From assembly GCA_023382265.1 (NCBI GenBank), contig JAMCPX010000047.1:25310-89309 (forward strand): a DNA stretch of 64,000 nt, read 5' to 3'. The translations under genes were made by a program, and so were the position numbers. This document shows positions 19,492 through 28,822 of this stretch, in pieces. Numbering within the stretch: the stretch's first letter is position 1; each line of letters begins with the position of its first letter. Source of the DNA: Deltaproteobacteria bacterium. GTDB lineage: Bacteria; JAMCPX01. The notes beneath the pieces were generated by a model that was not told the origin of the DNA, did no database searches, and saw nothing but the letters and a program-made list of their open reading frames with translations.

Positions 19492-19962
19492 ATGCCTATG
19501 TTAGACAGGATCGATACAAAGATCATAAGCATACTGCAAAAGGACAGCAGAACCACATACAGGGACATTGCCAAAAGGGTAAAGCTCCAGCCGCCTTCTG
19601 TTATTGACCGTGTAAAAAAGCTTGAAAAGGAAGGGGTCATAAAGAGGTATGTGACTGTAATAGACGAAAAGAAGTTGGGTGTTGATGTAACCGCATTTAT
19701 AGGAGTTTATATCGAACATCCTCAATACATAGACAGCTTTGAAAAGGCTATTGCCGGTATTAATGAGGATATTCTTGAATGCCACCATGTTACAGGAGAT
19801 TACACCTTACTGCTCAAGGTTAAGACTCGTAACACAACTACTCTGGAGAAACTGATCAAAGAACTGCGTGTAATAACAGGTGTGGTCAGAACATACACAA
19901 TGGTCGTCTTCTCAACATTGAAAGAGGACTGTGTTGTGTCAGTGAAAGAAATACCTGAATGA
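19492..19962 (+). CDS. Lrp/AsnC family transcriptional regulator
   Basis: HTH 'TTYRDIAKRVKLQPPSVIDRVKKLEKEGVI' plus RAM (ACT-like) domain. Confidence 0.85.
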   Translation: MPMLDRIDTKIISILQKDSRTTYRDIAKRVKLQPPSVIDRVKKLEKEGVIKRYVTVIDEKKLGVDVTAFIGVYIEHPQYIDSFEKAIAGINEDILECHHVTGDYTLLLKVKTRNTTTLEKLIKELRVITGVVRTYTMVVFSTLKEDCVVSVKEIPE

Positions 19963-20014
19963 GCTATACTCATGTATTATAAAGGCTCAAATCCCGGCTA
20001 TCATCCCGATGAAA

Positions 20015-21244
20015 TCAATGTTTTTTGTCCATGCCGATACCTTCAGATGCGGCATGTGTTTTAATCTCAACCTTATTTTCAAGTTTATCGTAATATTGTT
20101 TTAGGATCTCAGCAACCTCAGGTCTTGTAAACTCGTCAGGCACACCCCTGCCTTCTGACAGCGCCTTACGCAGGGCAGTTCCACTTAAAATAAGCCTGTC
20201 TTCTTTACCGTGTGGGCATGTTCTTGTTGATGCCATGCCCTTACATTTATAGCAGTAAAATGTCCAGTCAATTTTTAACGGTTTTATCTTAATCCCGTCA
20301 TCAGGGACTTCATCAAATATCTTTTGTGCATCAAATGGTCCGTAATAGTTTCCAACCCCTGCATGGTCTCTTCCTATTATGATATGGCTGCATCCAAAAT
20401 TTTGTCTGAAAATAGCGTGCAGCAGAGCTTCCCTGGGTCCGGCGTAACGCATTTCCATTGGATAACCTGCAACAGCAACCGTATCCTTTACAAAGTATTT
20501 TTCTACAAGCACATTAATACATTTTGTCCTGACTTCTGCCGGAATGTCCCCCTCTTTTAGCTTCCCGAGGAGTTGATGTATAAATACGCCGTCGACAACC
20601 TCGATCGCAATTTTGGCAAGATATTCATGTGATCTGTGCATTGGATTTCTCAGTTGTAACGCTGCTATTGTATGCCAGCCTTTTTGTTCAAACAGTTTTC
20701 TGCTCTGTACGGGCTTCATATAAATGTCTGAAAAGTCTTTCGGATAATAACTTTCGCTTAAAACTTTTACAGGTCCTGCCAAATTTACGTCTCCCTGATC
20801 CATTATTTTTTTTACCCCAGGATGCTGCGGATCGGTTGTTCCAAATACCTGTTTGCATTCATATAACTTATCGATTTCATACTTTTCTTTGACCTTCATG
20901 GTGCCCATCGGTTCAGATGTTTCATCATCAATTAATGCTATATCAGAGCCTGTAGCTATACTGTCGGCGATATCTTTTGTTACTGAAAGGGTTATCGGGA
21001 TGGACCAAAAAATACCATCTTGCATACTATAATCATTACATACGCCTTTCCAATCATCGTATCCCATGAATCCTTCAACCGGTGTAAATGCACCTATACC
21101 CATCATAATAAGATCGGATGTTTCCCTGCTTGTTATTCTTATCTTTTTAAGTCTGCCGGCTTTTTCTATTTCCTGTTTCTTTTCATCACCCTCGAGCAAT
21201 AAGGGCTTTAAAGTTTTTGATCCATGCGGTTCTACAAGTGCCAT
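20015..21244 (-). CDS. sat: Sulfate adenylyltransferase (ATP sulfurylase)
   Basis: '[13 protein letters not shown]', 'GRDHAG' motifs; C-terminal Cys-rich zinc ribbon 'CYKCKG...CPHG'. Confidence 0.9.
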   Translation of the reverse strand: MALVEPHGSKTLKPLLLEGDEKKQEIEKAGRLKKIRITSRETSDLIMMGIGAFTPVEGFMGYDDWKGVCNDYSMQDGIFWSIPITLSVTKDIADSIATGSDIALIDDETSEPMGTMKVKEKYEIDKLYECKQVFGTTDPQHPGVKKIMDQGDVNLAGPVKVLSESYYPKDFSDIYMKPVQSRKLFEQKGWHTIAALQLRNPMHRSHEYLAKIAIEVVDGVFIHQLLGKLKEGDIPAEVRTKCINVLVEKYFVKDTVAVAGYPMEMRYAGPREALLHAIFRQNFGCSHIIIGRDHAGVGNYYGPFDAQKIFDEVPDDGIKIKPLKIDWTFYCYKCKGMASTRTCPHGKEDRLILSGTALRKALSEGRGVPDEFTRPEVAEILKQYYDKLENKVEIKTHAASEGIGMDKKH

Positions 21245-21368
21245 AAACTGATTGCCTCCTCCTGATTTAACTCAAGCATATTCATCTGTTTACATTGCTA
21301 TCTAACATATTGAAATCTGTGTACATAGAAAATACTTCATTGGATTATAAAATAGGATGGTATGATAC

Positions 21369-21923
21369 TCAAACCTGTCTCGGCTTGAGAACGTTCTTTA
21401 TCATATTTAATGCAAATACTTTGTTTTCTGTTGTTAAAGCGCTGGTAGAGTTATCAGGTACATCAACAATGAATCCATTCATATATGCGTCCGCCGATGT
21501 GTATTGAACGCATATTTCTGTAGCGACCCCGGTAATAATAAGCCTTTTCACACGCAACTTCTTAAGCGTTTTCAATAATCGTGTTTTATAAAAACCCGAA
21601 TAGGTTGTTTTGCGTATAATAATGTCGTTTTTCTGTGGTGCAAGCTCTGATACGATCTCATCTCCGGGAGTACCTTTTACAGCATGTGCAGGCCAAACTC
21701 TGAACTCAGGGTCATCGTGTTTATGTGTATCTACAAGGTATACAACCGGAACGGCATTTGATCTTGCATCATCTAAAATAGCTCTTATATTTGGAATGAT
21801 CTGTTTGGCTCCCGGGACAAATAAAGGGGCATTATCAAGAACAAAATCGTTAAGCATATCTATTACAAGCACAGCAGTATCCGATGTTTTTACCTTTGAC
21901 TTTTGTTTCATGCGCACCTCCAT
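21369..21923 (-). CDS. Isochorismatase-family cysteine hydrolase (nicotinamidase-like)
   Basis: 'VLVIDMLNDFV' start; catalytic Cys in 'ITGVATEICV'. Confidence 0.8.
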   Translation of the reverse strand: MEVRMKQKSKVKTSDTAVLVIDMLNDFVLDNAPLFVPGAKQIIPNIRAILDDARSNAVPVVYLVDTHKHDDPEFRVWPAHAVKGTPGDEIVSELAPQKNDIIIRKTTYSGFYKTRLLKTLKKLRVKRLIITGVATEICVQYTSADAYMNGFIVDVPDNSTSALTTENKVFALNMIKNVLKPRQV

Positions 21924-22008
21924 TATTAATAAGTTAAGAGTTTATCTTCAATGTTTCAAGTAAAAAGCCGTTGACCGTCATTAATTCAGCAAAGTGTAAT
22001 GGATAATG

Positions 22009-22809
22009 TTATTGACTGCCGGCTTCTCCTTTATTATGTCTTCTTCTAACATAAATCATGGATAATGAGATCCCGATCTCATAAAGTGCATAAAGAGGGA
22101 CCGCGATCAGTGTTTGATTAAAAACATCTGGCGTAGGACTCAGTATTGCACCGAGTATAAACGCTCCTACGATTGCTATCTTCCTTTGTTTTGCGAGCGT
22201 TTGCGGTGTTATAATGCCTATAGCAACAAGTATGAGTATGGCGAGCGGCATCTCGAATACGAGCCCAAATGCAAACATAAACTTTAAACAGAAATCCATA
22301 TAAGCACCTATGCTCAACATGGGAACCAGGTTGCTTGCAAAGGTTAAAAGGAAATTTACTGCAAATGGCAACAGTATAAAAAAGCTGAACAATCCGCCTA
22401 TTATGAACAACCCGCCGGTGCCGATCACGAATATTCTTACATACTGTCTTTCATTAGGATATAAACTGGGTTTAAGGAAAAGCCATAATTCATAAAGTAC
22501 AAGCGGCAACACTACAACAAAACCGGCTAAAAACCCTAACTTTAAAGCAACCCAAATAGCTTCTGCGGGCGTTATGAATACAAGCTTTACCGGATTCTTT
22601 ACATCTATATATCTCAAATATGGCATACGCTGCATGAATTCAAGATGTTTTCTTAAGGGGAATTCCATAACCCATATTAAACGATTATAAAAATAAAACC
22701 CTCCAGTTCCAGCGACCGCTATGTATATGATTGACCTTATCAGGTGTCGTCTAAGTTCTTCAAGATGTTCAAAGAAAGATGCCCTTTTTTCTTCCATTTT
22801 TTCTTCCAT
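22009..22809 (-). CDS. tatC: Twin-arginine translocase subunit TatC
   Basis: 6-TM protein; 'HLEELRRHL' N-terminal motif. Confidence 0.9.
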   Translation of the reverse strand: MEEKMEEKRASFFEHLEELRRHLIRSIIYIAVAGTGGFYFYNRLIWVMEFPLRKHLEFMQRMPYLRYIDVKNPVKLVFITPAEAIWVALKLGFLAGFVVVLPLVLYELWLFLKPSLYPNERQYVRIFVIGTGGLFIIGGLFSFFILLPFAVNFLLTFASNLVPMLSIGAYMDFCLKFMFAFGLVFEMPLAILILVAIGIITPQTLAKQRKIAIVGAFILGAILSPTPDVFNQTLIAVPLYALYEIGISLSMIYVRRRHNKGEAGSQ

Positions 22810-22940
22810 GTTTTATAAAGCAATTTAGCCAAAAATCGCCAAATGTCAAAAAAACTATACATACATTCAGGGGGTATTGAATCAGTGTAAACTGTGTAAA
22901 GTGAACCGTAATCCTATAACCGCTGCTCAGCCCATGAGTG

Positions 22941-23771
22941 CTATTTTTTTTGCGTTAGCTTCTTTATCTTCTCCTCTTTATTTTTCAAGCCCTGCTTTTC
23001 GAGCATAGGCCAGAGCATTGGCATAAGCCATGGAAACATAAGCGCAATCCTTGCTATTATACCCTGTGAATGAGGGACATAAACCTCAATCTTGTTTTTC
23101 AGGATGGCATTTGCAACACCACTTGCAACATTCTCCGGTTTCTGCGGTTCACCAAGAAAAGACATGGCTGAACCTCCATGTGTTGCCTCATAATGCAACT
23201 GCGGAGTTTCAGTTGAATCGGGCATAATGGTTGATATGCTAACCCCCGTATTCTTCAGCTCAAGCCTTACCGCGAGATCAAATCCTCGTATACCGAATTT
23301 TGTTGCAGAATAAATAGCAGAACCTGGTTCCGGGACTATGCCTGCAAGAGATGAAGTGTTAACAATATGACCGTATCCCTGTTTTTTCATGATTGGCAGT
23401 ACCTCTTTTGTTCCGCGTATAATACCGTAAAGGTTGATATATATCTGTTTATCTATTGATGAATAATCTGTAACGTCTATATCTCCTGGCAGTATGATAC
23501 CTGCATTGTTGCACATAACATCAATTTTACCATGTTTCTGAATTGTTTTGTTAATAAGATTTTTTATCATTTCAAGGTTTGTAACATCTGTATGCACAGC
23601 CGTTGCATCAACGCCCTTTGATTTGAGTTCTTGCTCAAGTTCTATAATTCCTCGTTCATTTATATCAGCGAGTACAACCTTTGCCCCTTCATTTGCAAAC
23701 ATGTTTATTATTGCCCTTCCAATCCCACTTGCAGCACCTGTAACTATTACGACCTTATCTTTAAATTTCAT
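22941..23771 (-). CDS. SDR family oxidoreductase
   Basis: 'VVIVTGAASGIGRA', 'YSATKFG'; start set at the Met preceded by AAGGAGG RBS (23772-23790, minus strand). Confidence 0.8.
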   Translation of the reverse strand: MKFKDKVVIVTGAASGIGRAIINMFANEGAKVVLADINERGIIELEQELKSKGVDATAVHTDVTNLEMIKNLINKTIQKHGKIDVMCNNAGIILPGDIDVTDYSSIDKQIYINLYGIIRGTKEVLPIMKKQGYGHIVNTSSLAGIVPEPGSAIYSATKFGIRGFDLAVRLELKNTGVSISTIMPDSTETPQLHYEATHGGSAMSFLGEPQKPENVASGVANAILKNKIEVYVPHSQGIIARIALMFPWLMPMLWPMLEKQGLKNKEEKIKKLTQKK

Positions 23772-23941
23772 GGTATAACCTCCTTTCAAGCTTTTTTGCG
23801 TTTTATAACACGACAAATCATGGAAATGCAATAAAGAAGCTTACTTGTTAGATACATCGATCCGCTCTTTTTAAACACACTTTTCAGGTTAAAGATTTCT
23901 TCTACTATATGTCAGCAGTATTCAGCACTTATGCCATATCG

Positions 23942-24916
23942 TCATTTTATAGCTTTCTTTTTAAGAAGCTTGAAAAGATGCCTCCATCCAAAAATAAGAG
24001 GGAATCTGTGATCCCATTTCGTAAGGTTAAGTTTCTCCCCTGTTGTCCGCTCGATCTTTGTCTCAAGATAATCAACATAATTCTTGAACGTGTACACGCC
24101 TTTTGGCCATCTGTAAACGGCACGTCTTCTGCCTCTGCTTATAAATCCTTTTACATATTGCTTGGAAAAATATGCATTTATAACTTCATATTTCCCTCCC
24201 GATTTTTTTACGGTATTATTGTTTATCTCCTGTTCAAGAAGCATCGTATAAATGGTTTTATAAAAATCAGGTTCGCTTTCATAAATGCTTAGAATTTTAT
24301 CGGGTGTTTCTGTTCGTATCTCCGCTCTATAGCTAAGACCAAGAAGGGTTAAAATGAATTCATCCATTGTGAATTCTTTGCCGTTAATATCGGATAAGGC
24401 GAGCATGACATTAAAGTGCAGTGCATTATAAATGTTTTCAATCAAATCAAGCAATACCTGCTCATTTTTAACATACATAATGCCGATCCTCTTCGTGAGC
24501 CTGCCTGCTATATAAAGGTCATTTGTTTTTTTTGCGTCGGCTGCATCCCTGAATCCCTTCATATCGATAACGCAGTATTTTGACGGCATGATCACGGCGT
24601 TTTTTTCTATTTTTAAGAAATAAGAATTTGGTGGAACGATATTATTTAATGCAGCATGAACACGGGATTTATAAAACCGCATATAATTGTTAACTATAAT
24701 ATAAAAATCAGGATAGCTGGAGTTTGTTGCCATTCTTGAGCTCAAGGTAGAACCGTAAGTAAAAATTATTTCAATGCCCTTAAATGTATTGAGAAAATAG
24801 TTGAGAAACAGGTCGGTAGTTTCTGACCGATAAGGGTAGTATTTCTTTGTTACAAGTTCTTTTATCTGTTCAGTATAATGGGTGTTCGTCGGCATTGGCT
24901 GATATGATGCTTTCAT
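23942..24916 (-). CDS. Tam41/Mmp37-like protein (putative phosphatidate cytidylyltransferase, non-CdsA type)
   Basis: 324 aa; blocks 'FTYGS', 'DFYIIV', 'LYIAGRLTKRIGIMYVKN', 'GLSYRAEIRTETPDKI' align with the yeast Tam41 blocks 'FGYGSGVF', 'DIILGV', 'FYLAGRLQKPVKILKN', 'ALSYAGDIRYKLGGENPDKV' (recalled from memory). Confidence 0.5.
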   Translation of the reverse strand: MKASYQPMPTNTHYTEQIKELVTKKYYPYRSETTDLFLNYFLNTFKGIEIIFTYGSTLSSRMATNSSYPDFYIIVNNYMRFYKSRVHAALNNIVPPNSYFLKIEKNAVIMPSKYCVIDMKGFRDAADAKKTNDLYIAGRLTKRIGIMYVKNEQVLLDLIENIYNALHFNVMLALSDINGKEFTMDEFILTLLGLSYRAEIRTETPDKILSIYESEPDFYKTIYTMLLEQEINNNTVKKSGGKYEVINAYFSKQYVKGFISRGRRRAVYRWPKGVYTFKNYVDYLETKIERTTGEKLNLTKWDHRFPLIFGWRHLFKLLKKKAIK

Positions 24917-25949
24917 GGTTTATTATATGATCATTGTTTATCCAGTGTTTAAACTTTAAACCCATTATGTTTGTCCTTATTGATTCGGGAACAATAAAGA
25001 AATTCAATGCAGGCCCGTTCTCAATGATAACGTCGGTTTCATTATCATCTGTAAGTTCCCCGTCTATCCCATACCCTGATTCTGACTGTATCGTTACTCT
25101 GTGAGCGAGATCATTAAAAGATTTCGGATGCAGTAATTTTCCCGTAGAGAGTGTCCTGACATTTGCTATGATTTCGAACGGATCCATGGATACGGCAAGA
25201 AAATAGAAATCATATATGGCTTTCCTTTCGGGCTTATAAAATGGTTTAAACCAGAGAATAAGCTTTTTTAATACAGACGCAACGGCGATTAAGATCTTAC
25301 CGTCCGCATACGGTTTATTATCTATAATAATATGCACTTTTACCTTTTCAAAATAGCTCTTTGATTTTTTATTTCCGATTATATATCCTCCAATGGCTGT
25401 TGTTACAACCGTTGTAGCTGTTTGAAAACTTGGCTGTCCTGTTGCATAATAAAGCTTCTGCAGTTTAAAAGCGATTCCGTTTGAAAATGTAAATCCATAC
25501 CTTTCACCATGTTTTTTATCTGTAATTTTTAAAAGCATCATGGGTACTGTTGAGAGCTTTTCATCACCATTACGGTATCTCCGTATGTGCTGCATAATTA
25601 GCTTTACAGTCTCTACCGGATTTTTTCTTATCCCAAGGTTATTGGCAACCATGTTCATTGTTCCGCCCCTCAAAGGCAGAATGATGGGCAGTTTATTCGA
25701 AGGCAAGGATTTTATCATTTGTGTAAGTGTAACTTGCAGAGTGCCGTCTCCACCGTTGATCATCACAAGGTTTATGCCTTCCCTTTTTATAAAATCTAAA
25801 GCGGTCTCGATATCATCTGTGGAGTAGGTATCAAAGGTAAAAGTATTATCAAGTATGTAAGGAATAAACTTATCCCTGTTATAACCGTTTATCCTGTTCT
25901 TACGAGCGTTCATATTGTTTATTATGCATGAGCGAATTTCCATATTCAC
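24870..25949 (-). CDS. DAGK-catalytic-domain lipid kinase (YegS/BmrU-like)
   Basis: 'LVMINGGDGTLQ' and 'LPLRGGTMNMVANNLG' diacylglycerol-kinase catalytic motifs; 47-bp overlap with the Tam41-like gene. Confidence 0.75.
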   Translation of the reverse strand: MNMEIRSCIINNMNARKNRINGYNRDKFIPYILDNTFTFDTYSTDDIETALDFIKREGINLVMINGGDGTLQVTLTQMIKSLPSNKLPIILPLRGGTMNMVANNLGIRKNPVETVKLIMQHIRRYRNGDEKLSTVPMMLLKITDKKHGERYGFTFSNGIAFKLQKLYYATGQPSFQTATTVVTTAIGGYIIGNKKSKSYFEKVKVHIIIDNKPYADGKILIAVASVLKKLILWFKPFYKPERKAIYDFYFLAVSMDPFEIIANVRTLSTGKLLHPKSFNDLAHRVTIQSESGYGIDGELTDDNETDVIIENGPALNFFIVPESIRTNIMGLKFKHWINNDHIINHESIISANADEHPLY

Positions 25950-26073
25950 CCCCGTATCTATTTATATACATTTTCCAATATTTTTGTCAGCTTTTATTCC
26001 CGGCTCAACATAACAATAGCAAAATCTATCTATGCACTGATGGACCAATCAGCGTTGCTCCGGGTATAGGCTT

Positions 26074-26670
26074 TCATTTAGTGTCAACGCCGTTATTCCG
26101 TTTAATCCTGTAATCAATGATGGAACAGATTATATGTCCGATTGTTATATGTGCTTCTTGAATTCTTGGCGTATCCGTATGATCAATAATAACAGGAAAA
26201 TCAACCATTGACTTTGCTTTGCCTCCGCCGCTGCCGAGCAAACCGATCGTTATCATACCTTTTTCTTTTGCCGTTTTAAATGCGCTAAGAATGTTTTTAG
26301 AATTTCCCGAGGTTGTAATGCCGAGTGCCAGATCATTCTTTTTACCGAGCGCATAAAGCTGTTTTGAAAATATGTCATCGAATGAATAATCATTTGCTAT
26401 GCTCGTTAAAATGGATGTGTCCGTGGCAAGCGATATTGCAGGCAGGGGTTGTCTTTCTATCTTGAATCTGTTCACAAATTCTGCTGCGATGTGCTGGGCA
26501 TCAGCAGCAGAGCCGCCATTACCGAAAATGAACAGGACATGACCTTCCGTGATTGCATTGTAAATTATGTCCGCTACCTCTTTTATAAGTTCTGCATGCG
26601 TGTTTATTAAGCCAAGCTTTAATTCGGCGCTTGATCTCAATTCTGATTTTATAATTCCGATTTCATCCAT
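26074..26670 (-). CDS. gmhA: D-sedoheptulose-7-phosphate isomerase (SIS domain)
   Basis: 'GNGGSAADAQHIAAEFVNRF', 'TTSGNSKNIL' closely match GmhA. Confidence 0.85.
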   Translation of the reverse strand: MDEIGIIKSELRSSAELKLGLINTHAELIKEVADIIYNAITEGHVLFIFGNGGSAADAQHIAAEFVNRFKIERQPLPAISLATDTSILTSIANDYSFDDIFSKQLYALGKKNDLALGITTSGNSKNILSAFKTAKEKGMITIGLLGSGGGKAKSMVDFPVIIDHTDTPRIQEAHITIGHIICSIIDYRIKRNNGVDTK

Positions 26671-26672
26671 AC

Positions 26673-28148
26673 CTATTTACCCGTGTAATCATAACCCCTG
26701 TATAGAGTAAACGATCGTCTGATATCACCCGTTTTATTATCAACTATGTTGATTACACCAAGCCTTTTTACCTTTTTAAAAAGTCCTTGCGTAACATCAT
26801 TAAGCTGACCTGTTCCACGATCCACTATGATCATGTTTTTACCTTCTAAAGTTTTTTGATTCTGAAAATAGAGATATGCGTTTTTAGCACTATTGTTTAC
26901 CTTTAAAAAATAAACCTCAGGCTGCCCTGGCAGGTAAAACGCGAGTTCTGCCGTGATGCCATAATCGGTAGCACCGACAAGTTCTCCTGATTTAATATAT
27001 TTTTTTGTCTGCATTGCAAGTTGATTCCATCCGGCAAGTCTATTTGAAAAGTGGCGGGCAGGCGGGATATCAAATGTTTTATATACCCATTCCGGATAGT
27101 GTTCAAAATATGTTATCAGCAATGTAGTTATAAACATAAGTGATAAGAATGCTATTATTAGTTTTCTGTAGCCTTTTTTATATTGGTCAACGAGTAAGCT
27201 GACGCCGCCGATAAAAGGGGCGATATATCCTGCCGCGGGCCAGTTAACCTCTGCCCTGCCTTTGAAAGCGAGGAATGTTATAAATAGAAACGTCGGCAAG
27301 GATGTAGCAAGTATTACATTAAATCTCTCATCGTGTCTGAATAACCCTTTGCGTATTGAGTATAGCATTGTATAAAAAACAAGTAAGAATACAAAAGGTG
27401 TAAGCACCCCCATGTCTCCAAAAAAAAATGTTGAGAACACAAACCATGGATTATAATGCGAAGGCATGAGGCTAAGTGCCCTTTTAAACATGCCGAAACC
27501 GTGCTCAAAATTCCAGATAAAAACAGGGCTTGCCGTTATAATTGTCAATACTGCACCCAAATAAGGTTCTTTCTTAAAGAGCCAGTGCCTATTCCTGTTT
27601 GAAATAAGCACAAACAACACAACTTCAAGGCTAAAAAAGAAGAACATGTGATGGCTTAATATCCCGAGTCCAAGCACTATACCTATTAAATACCAGAGCC
27701 ACGGCTTTTGATTTTTATTCAATTCAAACAGCAAGAATATGAGTATGGTCATAAACAGGATCTGAGGTACGTAATAAGTCGCTATAAATGCATTGGAAGC
27801 AACAAAGGGATTAAATATAAAAAGCGCCGTTGCTGTCAATGCTGTTGTAGGCGAGAAAAATCTGTTCCCGATCTCGTAGAAGATGATTGCCGTAACTGTT
27901 GAAAATATGTTTGCACCCATTCTGAGTGCGAATTCGGATGAACCAAAAAAATGGATCATAACCATATTGATCCACGAGATCATCGGGCCCATATCAAGGT
28001 AACTAAGGGCCGGATGCCTTGCCCAATCCCAGTAATATGCTTCATCGGGTGAAAGCAATAGATGGGCTGTTTTTATATAATAGGTGTTCAGAACAAATGC
28101 GAGCAGAATAATGCTGTACCCGATTATACGCTTTTTCATAAGGGACAC
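26673..28148 (-). CDS. Glycosyltransferase family 39 / ArnT-like polyprenyl-phosphate-sugar-dependent transferase
   Basis: ~12 TM helices; 'DEAYYWDWARHP' motif of PMT/ArnT-type GT-C enzymes; 2-bp gap to gmhA. Confidence 0.8.
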   Translation of the reverse strand: MSLMKKRIIGYSIILLAFVLNTYYIKTAHLLLSPDEAYYWDWARHPALSYLDMGPMISWINMVMIHFFGSSEFALRMGANIFSTVTAIIFYEIGNRFFSPTTALTATALFIFNPFVASNAFIATYYVPQILFMTILIFLLFELNKNQKPWLWYLIGIVLGLGILSHHMFFFFSLEVVLFVLISNRNRHWLFKKEPYLGAVLTIITASPVFIWNFEHGFGMFKRALSLMPSHYNPWFVFSTFFFGDMGVLTPFVFLLVFYTMLYSIRKGLFRHDERFNVILATSLPTFLFITFLAFKGRAEVNWPAAGYIAPFIGGVSLLVDQYKKGYRKLIIAFLSLMFITTLLITYFEHYPEWVYKTFDIPPARHFSNRLAGWNQLAMQTKKYIKSGELVGATDYGITAELAFYLPGQPEVYFLKVNNSAKNAYLYFQNQKTLEGKNMIIVDRGTGQLNDVTQGLFKKVKRLGVINIVDNKTGDIRRSFTLYRGYDYTGK

Positions 28149-28687
28149 CCGTAAAAGAATTTAAAATGATATTTCAGATAAAGTATGATTGTTACAAAAA
28201 TAAAACCAAGCCATGCATTGTATTCTTCATGTTTTATTACAAGTTTAATGTCAAAATCTTTTGTTAGCCTTACGGGTTTTAATTTTGGGAAAAATATAGG
28301 CACCTTTGTTTTATAATCAAGGAATTCAGCACCGAATAGCTCTATGAGCATTTTCTCTTCGCCTTTAATCACATTATAATAAACAAAATAAAAGCCCGCG
28401 AGGTAGATTATGATAAATATAGCGCTGCTACCCATAATAGATACGCCAAGCCCTATAAAAAAGCTGCCGAGATATAATGGGTTTCTTGTGTAAGAGTATG
28501 GCCCATCCACAGATAACTGCTTATTCTTTTTTATATGGCCCGATGCCCATAGTCTTATCATTAAACCAATAATACCTATAGGCAGACCAACGGTCATTCC
28601 CATTATATCCGGACTGGCTGCAAAAATAAACAATATTGCAAACACAAATCCTATCTGTATACGGTATTTGGATAAAAACTTGTTCAT
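28136..28687 (-). CDS. ICMT/PEMT-family membrane methyltransferase
   Basis: 183 aa, 4-5 TM; 'RNPLYLGSFFIGLG' and C-terminal 'EE..L...FG..Y..Y' isoprenylcysteine carboxyl methyltransferase-family motif; 13-bp overlap with GT39 gene. Confidence 0.65.
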   Translation of the reverse strand: MNKFLSKYRIQIGFVFAILFIFAASPDIMGMTVGLPIGIIGLMIRLWASGHIKKNKQLSVDGPYSYTRNPLYLGSFFIGLGVSIMGSSAIFIIIYLAGFYFVYYNVIKGEEKMLIELFGAEFLDYKTKVPIFFPKLKPVRLTKDFDIKLVIKHEEYNAWLGFIFVTIILYLKYHFKFFYGCPL

Positions 28688-28822
28688 ATTTACTTCTATA
28701 GTATTTTTTTTTATTAACTGTCCAGTATTCTCTTTAAATCATTTGTTGTTTAGATTTTTTTGAGTTAACGATTTACCGTTTTGCTTGTTTTACTTTAAAA
28801 TAGCTATTAATTATTTATTCCA

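Noticed and set aside
20015-21244. Calling sat as part of a dissimilatory sulfate reduction gene cluster (aprAB/dsrAB)
   Set aside because: No apr/dsr/qmo genes in the window; sat alone cannot distinguish assimilatory from dissimilatory use
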